DNA of 50,581 nt, taken from the NCBI RefSeq assembly GCF_004010195.1, contig NC_057718.1:86372318-86422898 (forward strand), written 5' to 3'. Below the pieces are notes generated by a model. That model saw only the letters and a program-made list of their open reading frames with translations. It ran no database searches and had not been told where the DNA came from. This DNA comes from Chiloscyllium plagiosum. Lineage: Eukaryota. This document shows, one piece after another, positions 48,298-50,581 of the stretch (the stretch's first letter is position 1; every line of letters starts with the position of its first letter). The position numbers were made by a program, and so were the translations under genes.

Positions 48298-48504
48298 CTT
48301 GTGTTCAGTATAATGTTGCCTCTTTCAACCTGTTTACTGTCATTGTAACGGGTTGAGCTGCTTCTTCTTGAGGTCCAGGCATGAGAGCATGCTGCTGTTT
48401 GAGATTTCTTGATTATGATTAACATGCATATTCAATATTATCTTAATCCCTTTGTGTTGCAGTATTGCTTGCAGCATACATTTAATCTTGAGACAGTTCG
48501 ATCA

Positions 48505-48855
48505 CTTGTCACCGGCTGCCACCCTGAGAAGGTGCCTTTTATCCCCACTCTCTGCTTTCTGTCAGACAGCCAGGCTTCTATCCATGATAGCATCTTGCCT
48601 CTGACAGCTTGGGCCCCTATCTTACTCAGTAACCTCCTGTGTGGCACTTTGTCAAAGACCTTCTTGAAATCCAGATAGATAGCATCCATTAGCTCTCCTT
48701 GAGTTAAGTTGCTCATTACTTCCTCAAAGAATTCTAGCTGATTTGTTAGGCATGACCCCTCCTTGATGAAACCATGTTGACTCTGCCCTATTTTAGAATA
48801 CCCTTCCAACTATTCAGAAATTTCACCCTTCACGATGGATTCCAAGATCTTACTC
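48505..48855 (-). mobile_element. CR1 RT internal fragment
   Basis: QSQHGFIKEGSCLTNQLEFFE...DAIYLDFKKVFDKVPHRRLL...WLSDRKQRV. Confidence 0.9.
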
Positions 48856-49710
48856 TGTAATAAAGTGACTGACATTGACATAAACAGGTTAAACTCACGT
48901 TGGTCAGATTACCATTCTTTAAGACTGCATCAAATATCATTTTTAATGTCAGAGACTGTACCACATTCATAGTCATGTATCAGTAGTTATTTGATGTACT
49001 GATGCTCTGTAACTGTGTCCAACTATGATGTGACTCATTGGAGCAATGTGCTGGAAACCAAGACCCACTATTCCCAGCCATCACAAAGGTAAAGTTTTTA
49101 AAAGAAATGGAAGATCCCCAAACCTACCTGATTTTCAGAGCCAGGTTGATAGAAAACCAGGTTCCTGTACTAAACAAGAAATCACTATTTATTACAGATC
49201 ATCAGATTCTAGCAACTCAGAAACAACTGAAATAAATTAAGTAAACTGTACAAATTAAAACTCTAAATCCCCTATAAACTCTTCCTTACACACAGACAGA
49301 CAGACAAACATAAACACAGGAAGAAAACATTTGGGCAGAGGGAAAACAGTTCCATAGTCTTTGTTCACAAGATCAATCAGTTTGTTCCTTTCTGATCCAG
49401 ATGCCCTTATGCCAGATGTTTCCACTAGTTTGCAATAGGCACAGGGTGGCTGATTCATTTATGAATGTCTTGGGTTTATTCAATTCAAATTCATATCTTG
49501 CTGGATCTGCTGAATGAAAGATGAGCTCATTTTCTCAAGTTTAAAGTGGCTTCCTGCAGAGAACTGAGAGAGAGAGAGAGAGAGATAAAGAGAGCTTTTG
49601 GCTGCTGCAGATCTGCTGGATTCTCTTCTGCTCTGACAAAGCTCTCCGTCTGATTCACAATACAAGCAGTTCAGCTCCCTGACAACCAATCACATGTTAA
49701 TGTTTTGAAC

Positions 49711-49845
49711 AGTTCTGAGGAAGGGTCACCAGACCCAAAACATTCATTTTGATTTCTCTCCACAAATGTTGCCAGACCCACGGAGCTTTTCCAGCAACTT
49801 CTGTTTTCATTTCTGATTTACACCATCTGCAGTTATTTCAATTTT
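49711..49845 (+). mobile_element. Short Penelope-derived element with a decayed hammerhead motif
   Basis: AGTT-CTGAGGA-AGGGTCACCAGACCC-AAAA-CATT; reverse-complement match to 20453-20560. Confidence 0.6.
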
Positions 49846-49997
49846 TAACCAATCGCATGGCTGTTGGCAGGAAGAGGACCTTTGTTCTTTGTCCACAGAC
49901 CAATCAGTTTCACATGAAAACAACCCCTTAGCTCCAGTTCACCTGCACACTGTTGGAACACACAGCCAGACAAACAGGATACACAATTGGTATCAAT

Positions 49998-50534
49998 TTA
50001 GATTAGATTAGATTAGATTAGATTAGATTAGATTAGATTAGATTAGATTAACACTGTTGGAACACACAGCCAGACAAACAGGATACACAATTGGTATCAA
50101 TTTAGATTAGATTAGATTAGATTAGATTAGATTAGATTAGATTAGATTAGATTAGATTAGATTAGATTAGATTAGATTAGATTAGATTAGATTAGATTAG
50201 ATTAGATTAGATTAGATTAGATTAGATTAGATTAGATTAGATTAGATTAGATTAGATTAGATTAGATTAGATTAGATTAGATTAGATTAGATTAGATTAG
50301 ATTAGATTAGATTAGATTAGATTAGATTAGATTAGATTAGATTAGATTAGATTAGATTAGATTAGATTAGATTAGATTAGATTAGATTAGATTAGATTAG
50401 ATTAGATTAGATTAGATTAGATTAGATTAGATTAGATTAGATTAGATTAGATTAGATTAGATTAGATTAGATTAGATTAGATTAGATTAGATTAGATTAG
50501 ATTAGATTAGATTAGATTAGATTAGATTAGATTA
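49998..50534. repeat. (TTAGA)n pentamer array, interrupted once by a 50-bp duplicated flank
   Basis: Perfect repeats 49998-50050 and 50102-50534; 49947-49996 equals 50051-50100. Confidence 0.97.
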
Positions 50535-50581
50535 CTTAAAGTGTGGAAACAGGCTCTTCGGCCCAACAAGTCCACACCGAC
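50535..50581 (-). mobile_element. 3' end of an HE1 SINE whose tail is the TTAGA array
   Basis: Reverse complement of 42346-42392 with few differences. Confidence 0.85.

Noticed and set aside
48990..49700. Possible reverse-oriented LTR-like repeat (similar impression at 25960-26630 and 38200-39040)
   Set aside because: No termini, TSD or in-window homolog could be pinned down by eye.
49947..50534. Telomere or CRISPR-like array
   Set aside because: The unit is TTAGA, not TTAGGG, and is contiguous with a SINE tail; there are no unique spacers, no cas genes, and the context is eukaryotic.

Overview
Eukaryotic, repeat-rich vertebrate DNA, almost certainly from a cartilaginous fish (HE1/V-SINEs and CR1/HER1-type LINE tails are elasmobranch hallmarks). 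The host genes form a tandem cluster of four paralogous two-exon rhodopsin-class 7TM receptors resembling the GPR139/GPR142 group. A (+, 3396-6495, 325 aa) and D (+, 44044-45751, 327 aa) are intact. B (-, 16759-22603) has two TGA stops and a TM7 deletion. C (+, 30152-31441) has a dead splice donor, a frameshift, a 93-bp duplication and a Penelope insertion. All four share a phase-1 intron in TM1 and a fixed-spacing promoter module (TGTTT-N14-AACTAATT, then a TATA-like box). C and D come from a segmental duplication. The rest is transposon debris: CR1 and other LINEs, SINEs, Gypsy elements and solo LTRs, Harbinger relics, and Penelope-like elements. Eight minimal hammerhead-ribozyme-like motifs occur in the Penelope-like and related short elements. 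Family assignments are by eye from motif recognition, not database searches, and TE boundaries are approximate.
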